DNA from: Armatimonadota bacterium
Lineage (GTDB): Bacteria; Armatimonadota; Hebobacteria; CAIYQO01
Length of the DNA: 28,266 bases
Assembly: GCA_038248345.1 (NCBI GenBank)
Contig: JBBRXO010000023.1
Coordinates: 1 to 28,266 of the forward strand
Direction of reading: 5' to 3'
A model generated the notes under the pieces. It saw nothing but the letters and a program-made list of their open reading frames with translations, was not told the DNA's origin and made no database searches. Positions 1-9,200 of this stretch are shown here, piece by piece; the first letter of the stretch is position 1; each line of letters begins with the position of its first letter. A program made the position numbers and the translations under genes.

Positions 1-1667
1 ACCGGGTTACCCGGCGCGGCTTCCGCGCCAGCATCGCGGGCCAGGAATGGCGCACCGGCCCAGAGGCCGTTGTTGACCCAGACGACACCGCCAAGCTTTT
101 TCCCGTTCAGATCAACCCAGATCAAACTATGGGTGCCTTCGGATACGGCGCTACCCAGGTATACCCGTGGTTGGCTCCCCGCGGTACCATCAGCAGGGAC
201 AAATACTGCGCTGCTCGGGGGGGTATGGTTGGACATCCATGAACCGGAAGAATCAGCAGTCATCCACGGCGGATTGCCGCTGTTATATACCGGGAATTCA
301 TAGCGTAGATCAATAGCCTGGCGAAATAGCCCGTGTACTTGATAATCGCCCGGTTTTACGAAAGTTCCGGGGACGCTGTAGAGCCCATGGCTGGCTGCCC
401 CATGATCACGTCCCAGGTCATCCATGCCATCCCACCAGGCGATATTATCTCCTGCCGGAAATAGCGTTGCACTGAGTAAATTTCGAACGCGATTACCGTC
501 TTTATCATCAATGACCAGCGTCACATAGCTATCTTTGGCTAAATTGAATTTTATGGGGATAGGCGGGTGTACCGCCGATAGATCAACAGGAGGGATGATG
601 GCTGAAGCCAGCGTTGCTGTTCCCAGCGGCTGGAAAGCCATCAGCTCGCCAAGCCAGATTCGCTTGCCACCCTTCATGGTACCATCTGTATGCGGATGGT
701 ATGATACCGTGGGGGCGGTAGCTAGTACACGAATTGCGCGCGTGGTGACGGTCTTGCCAAATTCCATCACATTGATAGGTAGCGTACTCGGGTATTTATT
801 TTCCAGGCCAGTAAATTCTTTAATGGTCTTCCAATCAGCTTCGGTTGCTTCACGCGGGTGCGTTGCGTCGGGGCCGACGTACTCCTGTACCGTGGCAGCG
901 CCAAAGCCGCACCAGAACGCATCAATGCCATTAAGTGTCACTTTTTTGGGCCAGATCAACGTCATTGGCTCTGGATGGAACGGGGTGATCACCTGGGAAG
1001 TGGCTTCATTCCAGTTATCCCATTGCGAGCTAGATTCATCTGCGATCAGATTACTTCTTTGGTCATTATTTTTGGTAATCTTTATAGCTTGTGGGCCCAG
1101 GTTCGTCATTCGGTCGGTCAGCAGATAAATGCCGCCCAACCAGCCGATGAATTGACGATCAGTAGCTACGATGGTTTGGGTGAAGCGTAGGGCACGCGTT
1201 TTCGTACCCGGAGGGAGCACCCAAACACCCATCGTTGACCCGCTTACCTCGTTGGTAGTTACCTTGCCGTTCAGCAAACGTTCCGCGGAGATCCATTGCG
1301 TATCATCACTCAAATCCCCTGGATAAACGGCGTCTGCTTTGAGGACGCTCAGTTTGCCGCCACCACTGGTTATAACAGTACCTACTTCGATCTGTTCAGT
1401 AAAACCTACACGCAGATGCCGTACCCCCGGAGCTTTATTTGCTCCGAAATTAATGCCGGTATGTATTGGTGCCGTGGTTTTGGTATAGACAGCAATAGTC
1501 GGCTTGTCAGTAACAGGGGTCTCCACACCATCAACCCATTGCGCGAAGGTGGCCACATCAATCTGCTCTACTTTCAGCGGAGTCTGCAACGACTGCGCCA
1601 GCAAGGGAAGTACCGCTGTTAGTAACAGCAGATACATAGAAACGAGTAAACGATGGGTAGTAACCAT
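1..1667 (-). CDS. Large secreted protein, paralogue 1 (3' part runs off the window; ~555 aa visible; absent from the ORF track because it has no stop in the window)
   Basis: ATG at 1667 after a GAGGTG RBS. Reads MVTTHRLLVSMYLLLLTAVLPLLAQSLQTPLKVEQIDVATFAQW... and stays in frame to ...GGVVWVNNGLWAGAPFLARDAGAEAAPGNP at base 3. Collinear with the 1421 and 1424 aa ORFs. Confidence 0.92.
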   Translation of the reverse strand, partial: MVTTHRLLVSMYLLLLTAVLPLLAQSLQTPLKVEQIDVATFAQWVDGVETPVTDKPTIAVYTKTTAPIHTGINFGANKAPGVRHLRVGFTEQIEVGTVITSGGGKLSVLKADAVYPGDLSDDTQWISAERLLNGKVTTNEVSGSTMGVWVLPPGTKTRALRFTQTIVATDRQFIGWLGGIYLLTDRMTNLGPQAIKITKNNDQRSNLIADESSSQWDNWNEATSQVITPFHPEPMTLIWPKKVTLNGIDAFWCGFGAATVQEYVGPDATHPREATEADWKTIKEFTGLENKYPSTLPINVMEFGKTVTTRAIRVLATAPTVSYHPHTDGTMKGGKRIWLGELMAFQPLGTATLASAIIPPVDLSAVHPPIPIKFNLAKDSYVTLVIDDKDGNRVRNLLSATLFPAGDNIAWWDGMDDLGRDHGAASHGLYSVPGTFVKPGDYQVHGLFRQAIDLRYEFPVYNSGNPPWMTADSSGSWMSNHTPPSSAVFVPADGTAGSQPRVYLGSAVSEGTHSLIWVDLNGKKLGGVVWVNNGLWAGAPFLARDAGAEAAPGNP

Positions 1668-1697
1668 AAACAACACCTCATTTTGATCCGTAGCATG

Positions 1698-1726
1698 ATT
1701 GTAGTCTTGCAAAAGAATGACGTCAA
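1698..1726 (-). promoter_or_regulatory. Sigma70-type promoter of paralogue 1
   Basis: Minus strand TTGACG-17 nt-TACAAT, about 30 nt upstream of the ATG. Confidence 0.7.
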
Positions 1727-1730
1727 CTAC

Positions 1731-1771
1731 AAGAATGCCGTCCCCAATGCTTATTCGGGGACGGCATTCTT
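1731..1771 (-). terminator. Hairpin terminator after paralogue 2
   Basis: 15-bp perfect arms AAGAATGCCGTCCCC / GGGGACGGCATTCTT, about 30 nt past the stop at 1800. Confidence 0.75.
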
Positions 1772-1799
1772 TATGCGTATTAGACGCTATTGACCAATA

Positions 1800-4700
1800 C
1801 TATGGGGTGTTAGCAAAACGCCAGGTTCCCCACAGTAGCGGCGTCAGCATTGCTTCACTTGGTACGTCAGAGGTGATGCTGGTGGCCTTATTTGACCAGT
1901 AGACGCGCTGTACGGTTGTCATACCGTCGCCGCGCAGGATACCGATATCTCCCTTGATGTTGACGCCATCAGCTGCAGTGAGACCTAACACTGTCAGCGG
2001 GATAGATATCTCATAGTCGCCAGCCGCGCCAGCTAGTTGTACCTGATTGCTGATATCCACCACCTGGTCAATGGTGATAGTACGCCACGGTGAGGAGAAC
2101 GGTACCGGGGTAACAGTGCCAGGCACTACGGCGCGATATATCGTCGCAGTGGTGGCATTGTTTACCTTGGTAATAATAACGCGGATGTCACCGGCCACTG
2201 GATTCGTGCGTGTTGAATCTGCGGCAGGATTGGTGCCGATCATCAAATCCAGCGCGCCGCCCGTTTTAAAGAGGGCGTTCGGCATTACTCCGGTATTAGT
2301 CAGCAAGTTGACATCTCCGGTGCTGAACGCTGCGTAGAGCTTATCGCCATTAATGGCCACAGCGCCCTTTACGTCATATGGTATGCTGTTACTATTGAAG
2401 TTAGCCGCTACACCGCGCTTATCGATACTGGCCCAATCAGCACCCGCCCAGTCAGTCAATAAACCATCGACGGTGACAGGGGTTGGCCGTAGCGCTACTT
2501 GAATCAGGGGCGCTCCATTGTATTGCTGTCGTGCCGCCTCTCGCTCGAGAACATAGGCCTGCGCTTTCGTCAGGTCATCCACCGTTACGAGGAGTGGCCG
2601 TGCCGCGAAGCGCCGGATGGTATCCAACCCGTCTATACGTATCAAGTTGGAGCGATTCTGCATGTAGACTTTGCCATCGCTCGTTTGTGTTACAGAAGGC
2701 CAAAAGTCTTCATCACCGGGGGTTACGTCATTCATCAGCAAATTGCGGATTCCCTGCGGCATTGCCCAGGATCGACCTTGTCGGGAATCCTGCAGGAGCG
2801 TGGCGACGAAAAGACCATCGGCGGTGAACATATAGCTGTTACCCATATTGCCGTTGATGGTCCAGATCGGGCCGGCGTTGCCCCCCTTCGGGGTGATAAA
2901 TCCACCTAACAGGCGAGTGGTGCCGATTAACTCGCCCGGCATTTCCGGCGTTGGCGCTTCATGGGAAGCGTGCAACCCAGGCCACATGCTCGGGTACGAC
3001 CAGGTTGGTTTGCCTTTATAAACACCTGAGAGTGAATATTGTGAATATGGTTTGGCGCCAAGGGTCATCACCGCCCAGCCATTGGGATGTACCATCGCCT
3101 CATCACCGCCGGAGCTTGCCGGGCCCTGTACATCCTTCGCCAATTCCTTACCTGCGGCCAGGTCATAACTGGGGATACCACTGTTGCTGATGGCGAGCGG
3201 TGAATACTGCATAGTGCTTCCGTCAACGCGCGATATCACGAAGGAGAGGTCTTTCATGATGGTGACACCGCCGGTGGATTTCTTCTGAAAAACTACCTCC
3301 GCCGGTTGAACAAGGCCGTCATCATTGGTATCTGACCAGACAAACATCGCTTGATTCTGCCAGTAATCGCCATTCAAGTTGATACCTGCTGGCCATTTTG
3401 GTTTGAAAGTATCACCCTTCAGAATTATCCAGTTGTTGGCGGAACCCATGGCAGCCACCGGGACGGCGATGCCATTTTTGTCCTTCCACAACATTGCAAT
3501 AGGGGTTCCATTGGTCGGGTTATTATTGAAGCAGTTGGTGAAGTAGCGTTGGCCATTCAGATAGTAAGCCGTCTGCGGGTACCCACCGCAACCATATCCG
3601 TCGGGGCGATCAACTTCTCCAGGCTGTGGGCGGAAGATGACTGACTCCAGTATATTGGTTCCGTTTGTCCAGTCGATCTTGAAGTCCATACCGCCATAAT
3701 AGATATGGGTCTTGTCGACAGGATCAATGACACCACCGCCACCGTATTCGGACGGGCCATAGAATGCGTTCACAAATTGTCCATCGAGTGTCCAGACACT
3801 GGTGCGCTTCGGCAGATAATCAGTCTCCGCCACCCATATGTGATTATTGCTGTCGATGGTAATTCCGTTCGGGTTATTCATGTGCAATTTGTCGTACGGG
3901 CCTGCTTTAGGAACGCCTGGATTCCCGATGGCACGGATGAATACACCTGCAGCGGTGAAGGCTTTCACCTGATGGCTGGCGCTGCGGTCTGTGACATAAA
4001 TATTTCCGTTGCTGTCTAAAGCCATATTCTGCGGATCTAGCAGATCGGTACTATTCAACACAACCGGGGTGGGGAATGGCTGGGCGAAGTCGGTGGGCAT
4101 GGTGACACGCAACAAGCGCGTCCCGTCGAGTATCAACAGTTGCCCAGCGGCATCGAATGCCAGCCCGCGCGGGTCGTTCATCGTCGTGGTACCCAGGATT
4201 GCGCCAGTCTTCACGTCGACAAAGAGAAGCTGTTGTAGCTTGGGCAAGCTGGCAACTATAACACCATCGCGCACTGCCATACCGGAAAGCACGGCCAGAT
4301 CTTTGGTAGCAAAGGTATATGGGAGTATCGCCCTGTCAGAATTATTTTTACGCGACGTCAGGCGAAGATCACCGTCAAAAGCGGAGCCGATATATATTGG
4401 GTTACCCGCTTCGGCATTCGTTGTGCCAGCATCGCGCGCCAGGAATTGCGCGCCCGTCCAGTTGCCGCCGACCCAATTGACACCGCCGACCTTTTTACCG
4501 TTCAGGTCGACCCAGATCAACCCGTGGGTACCTTCGGAAACGTAGCTTCCCAAGTATACCAGTGGCTTGCTGCCCGCAGACCCATTAGCGGGGACGAAGA
4601 GCGAACAACTGGGCGGAGTGTGGTTGGACATCCACGACCCGGTAGTATCAGCGGTCTGCCATGCCGGGTTTCCGCTGTTGTATATCGGAAATTCATAGCG

Positions 4701-6065
4701 AAGGTCGATTGCTTGCCGATAAAGACCGTTCACCCGGAAGGCCCCCGGGTTGACGAAAGTACCGGGGACGCTGTAGAGGCCATGGCTGGCTGCTCCGGTG
4801 TCGCGTCCCAGGTCATCCATGCCATCCCACCAGGCGGTATTATCACCGGCAGGGAAAAGGGTGGCGCTGACTAGATTGCGAACACGCTTGCCGTCTTTGT
4901 CATCAATGACTAGCGTCACATAGCTATCCTTGTTTAAATGGAACTTGTACGGGATGGGCGGATGTATCGCCGATAGATCAACAGGAGGGATGATGGCTGT
5001 CGCAGGCTCGGCTGTCCCTAGTGGCTGAAAGGCCATCATCTCACCCAACCAGACGCGCATGCCGTTATTGGTAGAGCTTGTGAGATGGGGGTGGCGGGGT
5101 ATTGTAGGCGCGGTGGCGAGAATGCGAATAGCGCGCGTGGTAACCGGCGTCCCGAAATCCAGCATATTCACTTCCAGCGGAGCAGGGTACTTATTTTCCA
5201 GCCCGGGGAAGTCCTTGATGGTCTGCCAATCGGCTTCGGTGGCCAGGCGCGGATGTGTGGTGGCGGGCCCGATATATTTCTGCACGGTGGCCGCTCCAAA
5301 GCCGCACCAGACCGCACTTAGACCGCTCAAAGTCACATCTTTCGGCCAGATCAACGTGATAGGCTCAGGATTGGTGGGGGAGATCACCTGTGCGGTAGCC
5401 GCAATGTAGTTATCCCAGGCACCCCAGGTATCGGTGTTATCATTCACGATCAGACTGCTTTTATTATCATTATTTTTGGTGACGGTGATGGCTTGTGGGC
5501 CGATGTTAACCATGCGCTCACTCATCAGGTACATGCCGCCTAACCAGCCGATAAATACGGTTTCCGTTGGCAGTACGGTTCGCGTGAAACGGAACGCCCG
5601 GGTGCTGGTACCCGCGGGTAGTACCCACGTACCCAGAGCGGAGTCGGCGACTTCATCAGTTGACACCTTACCGTTTACAATCCGTTGTGCGGGGATCCAT
5701 TGTGTATCGTCGCCTAGATCACCTGGATAGGTCGCGGTTGATTTGAGGACGCTCAATTTGCCGCCGCCCTGGGTCAAAACTGTTCCCACGGCTACCGCGG
5801 CTTTCAGGCCGATACGCAGGTGGCGGACACCTGGAGCAGTATTGGCTCCGAAATAAATGCCATTCCACCCCGTTTCGGTTGTTTGGGTATAAACAGATAA
5901 GGTGGGATTAACCGCTAGCGGGGTCGCAACACCATCGACCCATTGCGCCACGGTGTCTAGATTAGCGGTAGTAAGCGGAGTCTGCAACGACTGCGCCAAC
6001 AAGGGTAGCGCCGCTGCCAGCAGCAGCAGGCACACGGGGAAAAGTAAACGATGGATGCGAATCAT
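1800..6065 (-). CDS. Large secreted protein, paralogue 2 (1421 aa): signal peptide, N-terminal beta-sandwich region, FlgD-Ig-like domain, NHL-like beta-propeller, C-terminal CBM9/DOMON-like domain
   Basis: AAGGAG RBS; signal peptide ending LPLLA|Q; YVTLVIDDKDGKRVRNLV...WWDGMDD (FlgD-Ig pattern); PRGLAFD, PQNMALDSNGNIYVTD and PNGITIDSNNHIWVAE (NHL-like blades); PVTVDGLLTDW (CBM9-like start); DTNDDG Ca-loop-like motif. Confidence 0.9.
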   Translation of the reverse strand: MIRIHRLLFPVCLLLLAAALPLLAQSLQTPLTTANLDTVAQWVDGVATPLAVNPTLSVYTQTTETGWNGIYFGANTAPGVRHLRIGLKAAVAVGTVLTQGGGKLSVLKSTATYPGDLGDDTQWIPAQRIVNGKVSTDEVADSALGTWVLPAGTSTRAFRFTRTVLPTETVFIGWLGGMYLMSERMVNIGPQAITVTKNNDNKSSLIVNDNTDTWGAWDNYIAATAQVISPTNPEPITLIWPKDVTLSGLSAVWCGFGAATVQKYIGPATTHPRLATEADWQTIKDFPGLENKYPAPLEVNMLDFGTPVTTRAIRILATAPTIPRHPHLTSSTNNGMRVWLGEMMAFQPLGTAEPATAIIPPVDLSAIHPPIPYKFHLNKDSYVTLVIDDKDGKRVRNLVSATLFPAGDNTAWWDGMDDLGRDTGAASHGLYSVPGTFVNPGAFRVNGLYRQAIDLRYEFPIYNSGNPAWQTADTTGSWMSNHTPPSCSLFVPANGSAGSKPLVYLGSYVSEGTHGLIWVDLNGKKVGGVNWVGGNWTGAQFLARDAGTTNAEAGNPIYIGSAFDGDLRLTSRKNNSDRAILPYTFATKDLAVLSGMAVRDGVIVASLPKLQQLLFVDVKTGAILGTTTMNDPRGLAFDAAGQLLILDGTRLLRVTMPTDFAQPFPTPVVLNSTDLLDPQNMALDSNGNIYVTDRSASHQVKAFTAAGVFIRAIGNPGVPKAGPYDKLHMNNPNGITIDSNNHIWVAETDYLPKRTSVWTLDGQFVNAFYGPSEYGGGGVIDPVDKTHIYYGGMDFKIDWTNGTNILESVIFRPQPGEVDRPDGYGCGGYPQTAYYLNGQRYFTNCFNNNPTNGTPIAMLWKDKNGIAVPVAAMGSANNWIILKGDTFKPKWPAGINLNGDYWQNQAMFVWSDTNDDGLVQPAEVVFQKKSTGGVTIMKDLSFVISRVDGSTMQYSPLAISNSGIPSYDLAAGKELAKDVQGPASSGGDEAMVHPNGWAVMTLGAKPYSQYSLSGVYKGKPTWSYPSMWPGLHASHEAPTPEMPGELIGTTRLLGGFITPKGGNAGPIWTINGNMGNSYMFTADGLFVATLLQDSRQGRSWAMPQGIRNLLMNDVTPGDEDFWPSVTQTSDGKVYMQNRSNLIRIDGLDTIRRFAARPLLVTVDDLTKAQAYVLEREAARQQYNGAPLIQVALRPTPVTVDGLLTDWAGADWASIDKRGVAANFNSNSIPYDVKGAVAINGDKLYAAFSTGDVNLLTNTGVMPNALFKTGGALDLMIGTNPAADSTRTNPVAGDIRVIITKVNNATTATIYRAVVPGTVTPVPFSSPWRTITIDQVVDISNQVQLAGAAGDYEISIPLTVLGLTAADGVNIKGDIGILRGDGMTTVQRVYWSNKATSITSDVPSEAMLTPLLWGTWRFANTP

Positions 6066-6163
6066 TTGATTAACTCCTTTGGATCACCGATTTCCCGTCA
6101 TTATTAACGGGTATCTCATTGTCAAAATATAAGTCCCGATTCTTCTACGCTCTATAACTGACT

Positions 6164-6172
6164 ATTATACCA
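6164..6172 (-). promoter_or_regulatory. Extended -10 promoter of paralogue 2
   Basis: Minus strand TGGTATAAT about 100 nt upstream of the ATG; TTGAAA lies 15 nt upstream of the hexamer. Confidence 0.55.
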
Positions 6173-6220
6173 TAGGAATGCTAATTTCAACACGTCGAAA
6201 TAACTCAAATTATAGCACGC

Positions 6221-6264
6221 AAAAAAAGAGAACACCGCCCGTGATATACCCAGAGGCGGTGTTC
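6221..6264 (-). terminator. Intrinsic terminator after paralogue 3
   Basis: Minus strand GAACACCGCC...GGCGGTGTTC followed by TCTTTTTTT. Confidence 0.8.
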
Positions 6265-6293
6265 ATTATGCGTACTATCCGTTAGCGATTAAT

Positions 6294-9200
6294 TTATGGA
6301 GTGGTGGCGAAGCGCCAGGTTCCCCACAGTTGCGGCGTCAACATCGCCTCACTCGGTACATCGGCGGTGATACCCGTGGCCTTGTTAGACCAGTAGGAAC
6401 GCTGCACGGTTTTCATACCGTCGCCGCGCAGGATACCGATGTCGCCTTTGATGCTCATGCCATCCGTTGCGGTTAACTGAAGCGCTGACAACGGGATGGA
6501 TATCTCATAGTTGCCTTCCTTGCCCACCGCCAGCTGTACTTTGTCGCTGATGTTGACTACTTGATCGATGGTGATTGTACGCCAGGGTGAGGAGAATTTC
6601 TCCGGGTCTGTCGTCCCCGGCACCACGGCGCGATAGAGCATAGCCACGGGTTTGTTTTTGACCATCGTAACTAAGACACGTATGTCGCCCGCTACCGGCT
6701 CGGTACGCGCTGAGTTCGCTTTCGGATCTGTGCCGATCATCAGGTCTAGTGCGCCGCCGGTTTTGAAGATGGCGGTCAGTAATTCGCCGGTGTTATTCAG
6801 CAAGTTAGCATCAGCGGTTCCGAAAGCGGCGTAGAGCTTATCCCCTACGACAGCCACGGAGCCTTTTACGTCGTATGGCTTGCTATTGCTATTGAAGTTC
6901 GCTGCCACACCACGCTTGTCGATGCTGACCCAGTCAGCGCCTTTCCAATCGTCAAACAATCCATCAACGGTGATGGGAGCCTGGCGAATAGCCACCTGCA
7001 TAATGGTCTTGCCGGCATTCTGCTGGCGTGCCACCTCCTGATCCAACACAAAAGCCTGCGCTTTCTTCATGTCTTCCACGGTTACCGTCAGTGGCATATT
7101 GGGGAAACGCCGGATTGTATCCAGCCCGTCCACCCGAATGATGCTGGAGCGTGCCCCGTCATTCAGGTAGACTTTGCCGTCACCGGTTTGTGTTATTGAA
7201 GGCCAGAAGTTCTCATCGCTACAGGTAACCTCATTCAGCAACATATTGCGATCGCCCCTAGGCATTGCCCAGGGTTTCCCCATGCGAACATCCTGGAAAA
7301 GCTGCGCAACAAACAGGCCATCAGTGGTCAACATGTAGTTATTGCCCATATTGCCATTGATAGTCCAGATCGGGCCGGCATCGCCCGCCGTCGGCTTGAT
7401 GAATCCACCCATCAGACGTGTGGCGCCGATGATCTCACCCGAAAATTGTGGAGTCGGCGCTTCATGGGAAGCGTGGAGCCCTGGCCATAGGTTAGGGTAG
7501 GACCACATCGGCTTGCCATCTTTGACACCGGTGAGGGAGTAGGCAGAAAATGGCTTGGGCGCCAGCGACATCACTGTCCAGCCATTAGCGTTCACGAGAG
7601 CTTGATCTCCGCCGGAGCTTGCCGAGGGCTGTACGTCCTTCGCCAGTTCTTTACCGGCATTCAGGTCATAGCTGGGGATGCCGTCATTTAGCGCGATCGG
7701 GAGATACTGCATGGTTTTACCGTCGACGCGTGAAATCACAAAGGAGAGGTCACTCATAACGGTAACGCCCCCGGTTGATTTCTTCTGGAAGGTAACCTCT
7801 TCCGGCTGTATTTTGCCATCGGCATTGGTATCCGACCAGACAAACATAGCCTGGTTTTGCCAGTAATCGCCCTTCAGATCGATGCCGGCTGGCCATTTCG
7901 TTTTAAAGGTATCGCCCTTGAGAATAGACCAACTATTGGCGTTTCCGATAGCGGCTACCGGAACGGCAATGCCATTTTTTTCTTTCCACAACATGGCGAT
8001 ACTGGTGCCATTGGTCGGGTTGCTGCTGTAGCAGTTCGTGTAATAGCGTTGATCCTTCAGGTACAGCGCTGTTTCCGGATATCCGCCAGAACCATATCCA
8101 TCCGGCCGATCCAGCTCACCTGGCTGGGGACGAAGAAGTACCGACTCCACGACATTGGTTCCCTTGTCCCAATCGAGCTTGAATACCATACCGCCGTAAT
8201 AGAAGCGGGTTTTATCTTTAGGATCAAGTGCGCCACCGCCGCCGTATTCCGACGGGCCGTAGAAGGCGTTCACCGCTTTACCGTCCAGCGTCCACACGCT
8301 GACGCGCTTCGGCTGGTAATCAGTCTCGGCTACCCACAGGTGGTCGTTACTATCAATGGTAATACCATTGGGGTTGTGCATCTTCAACGGGTCATACTTG
8401 CCCGCCTTCGGTATGCCGGGCTTGCCGATAGCGCGGATGAAGGTACCAGCTGCGCTGAAGACTTTCACCTGATGACTGGCGCCACGATCTGAGACGTAGA
8501 TGTTGCCTTTGCTGTCAAAGGTGATATTTTGCGGGTCTTCCAGGTCTTTGCCGATCACTACTGCCGGGATGGGGAACGGCGCTGACAAATCGGTGGGCAT
8601 TGCCACGCGCAGTAGACGTTTCCCATCGAGGATCAACAGTTGCCCTTTGTCATCGAAGGCCAGGCCGCGCAGATTTTCCCGCGTGGTTTTACCTAGGATG
8701 GCTCCGGTTTTCACATCTACAAAGAGTAATAGTTTGAGCTTGGGCAGACTGCAGACAATTATGCCGTCGTGTACCGCCATACCAGAGACTACCGCCAGAT
8801 CATTATTTTCAAATTTGTACTTGATGATCGCTCGGTCTACACCTTTCGTGCGCTCTGTCAGCCGCAACTCACTATCAAAAGCAGAGGCGATATAGATCGG
8901 ATTACCGGGCGCAGCTTTCGCGCCGGTATCGCGGCCCAGGAATTGCGCGGCGGTCCAGTGGCCGCCGATCCAGTTGACGCCGCCAACTTTTTTACCATCC
9001 AGGTCAACCCAGATCAACCCGTTGGTGCCTTCCGAGACGTAGCTGCCCAGGAACACCAGCGGTTTACTGCCCGCCGTCCCATCGGCGGGGACGAAAAGCG
9101 AACAACTGGGAGGAGTGTGGTTGGACATCCACGAGCCGGTACCATCGGCGGTCAACCAGGCGGGGGAGCCACTGTTATATACGGAAAATTCGTAGGCTAG

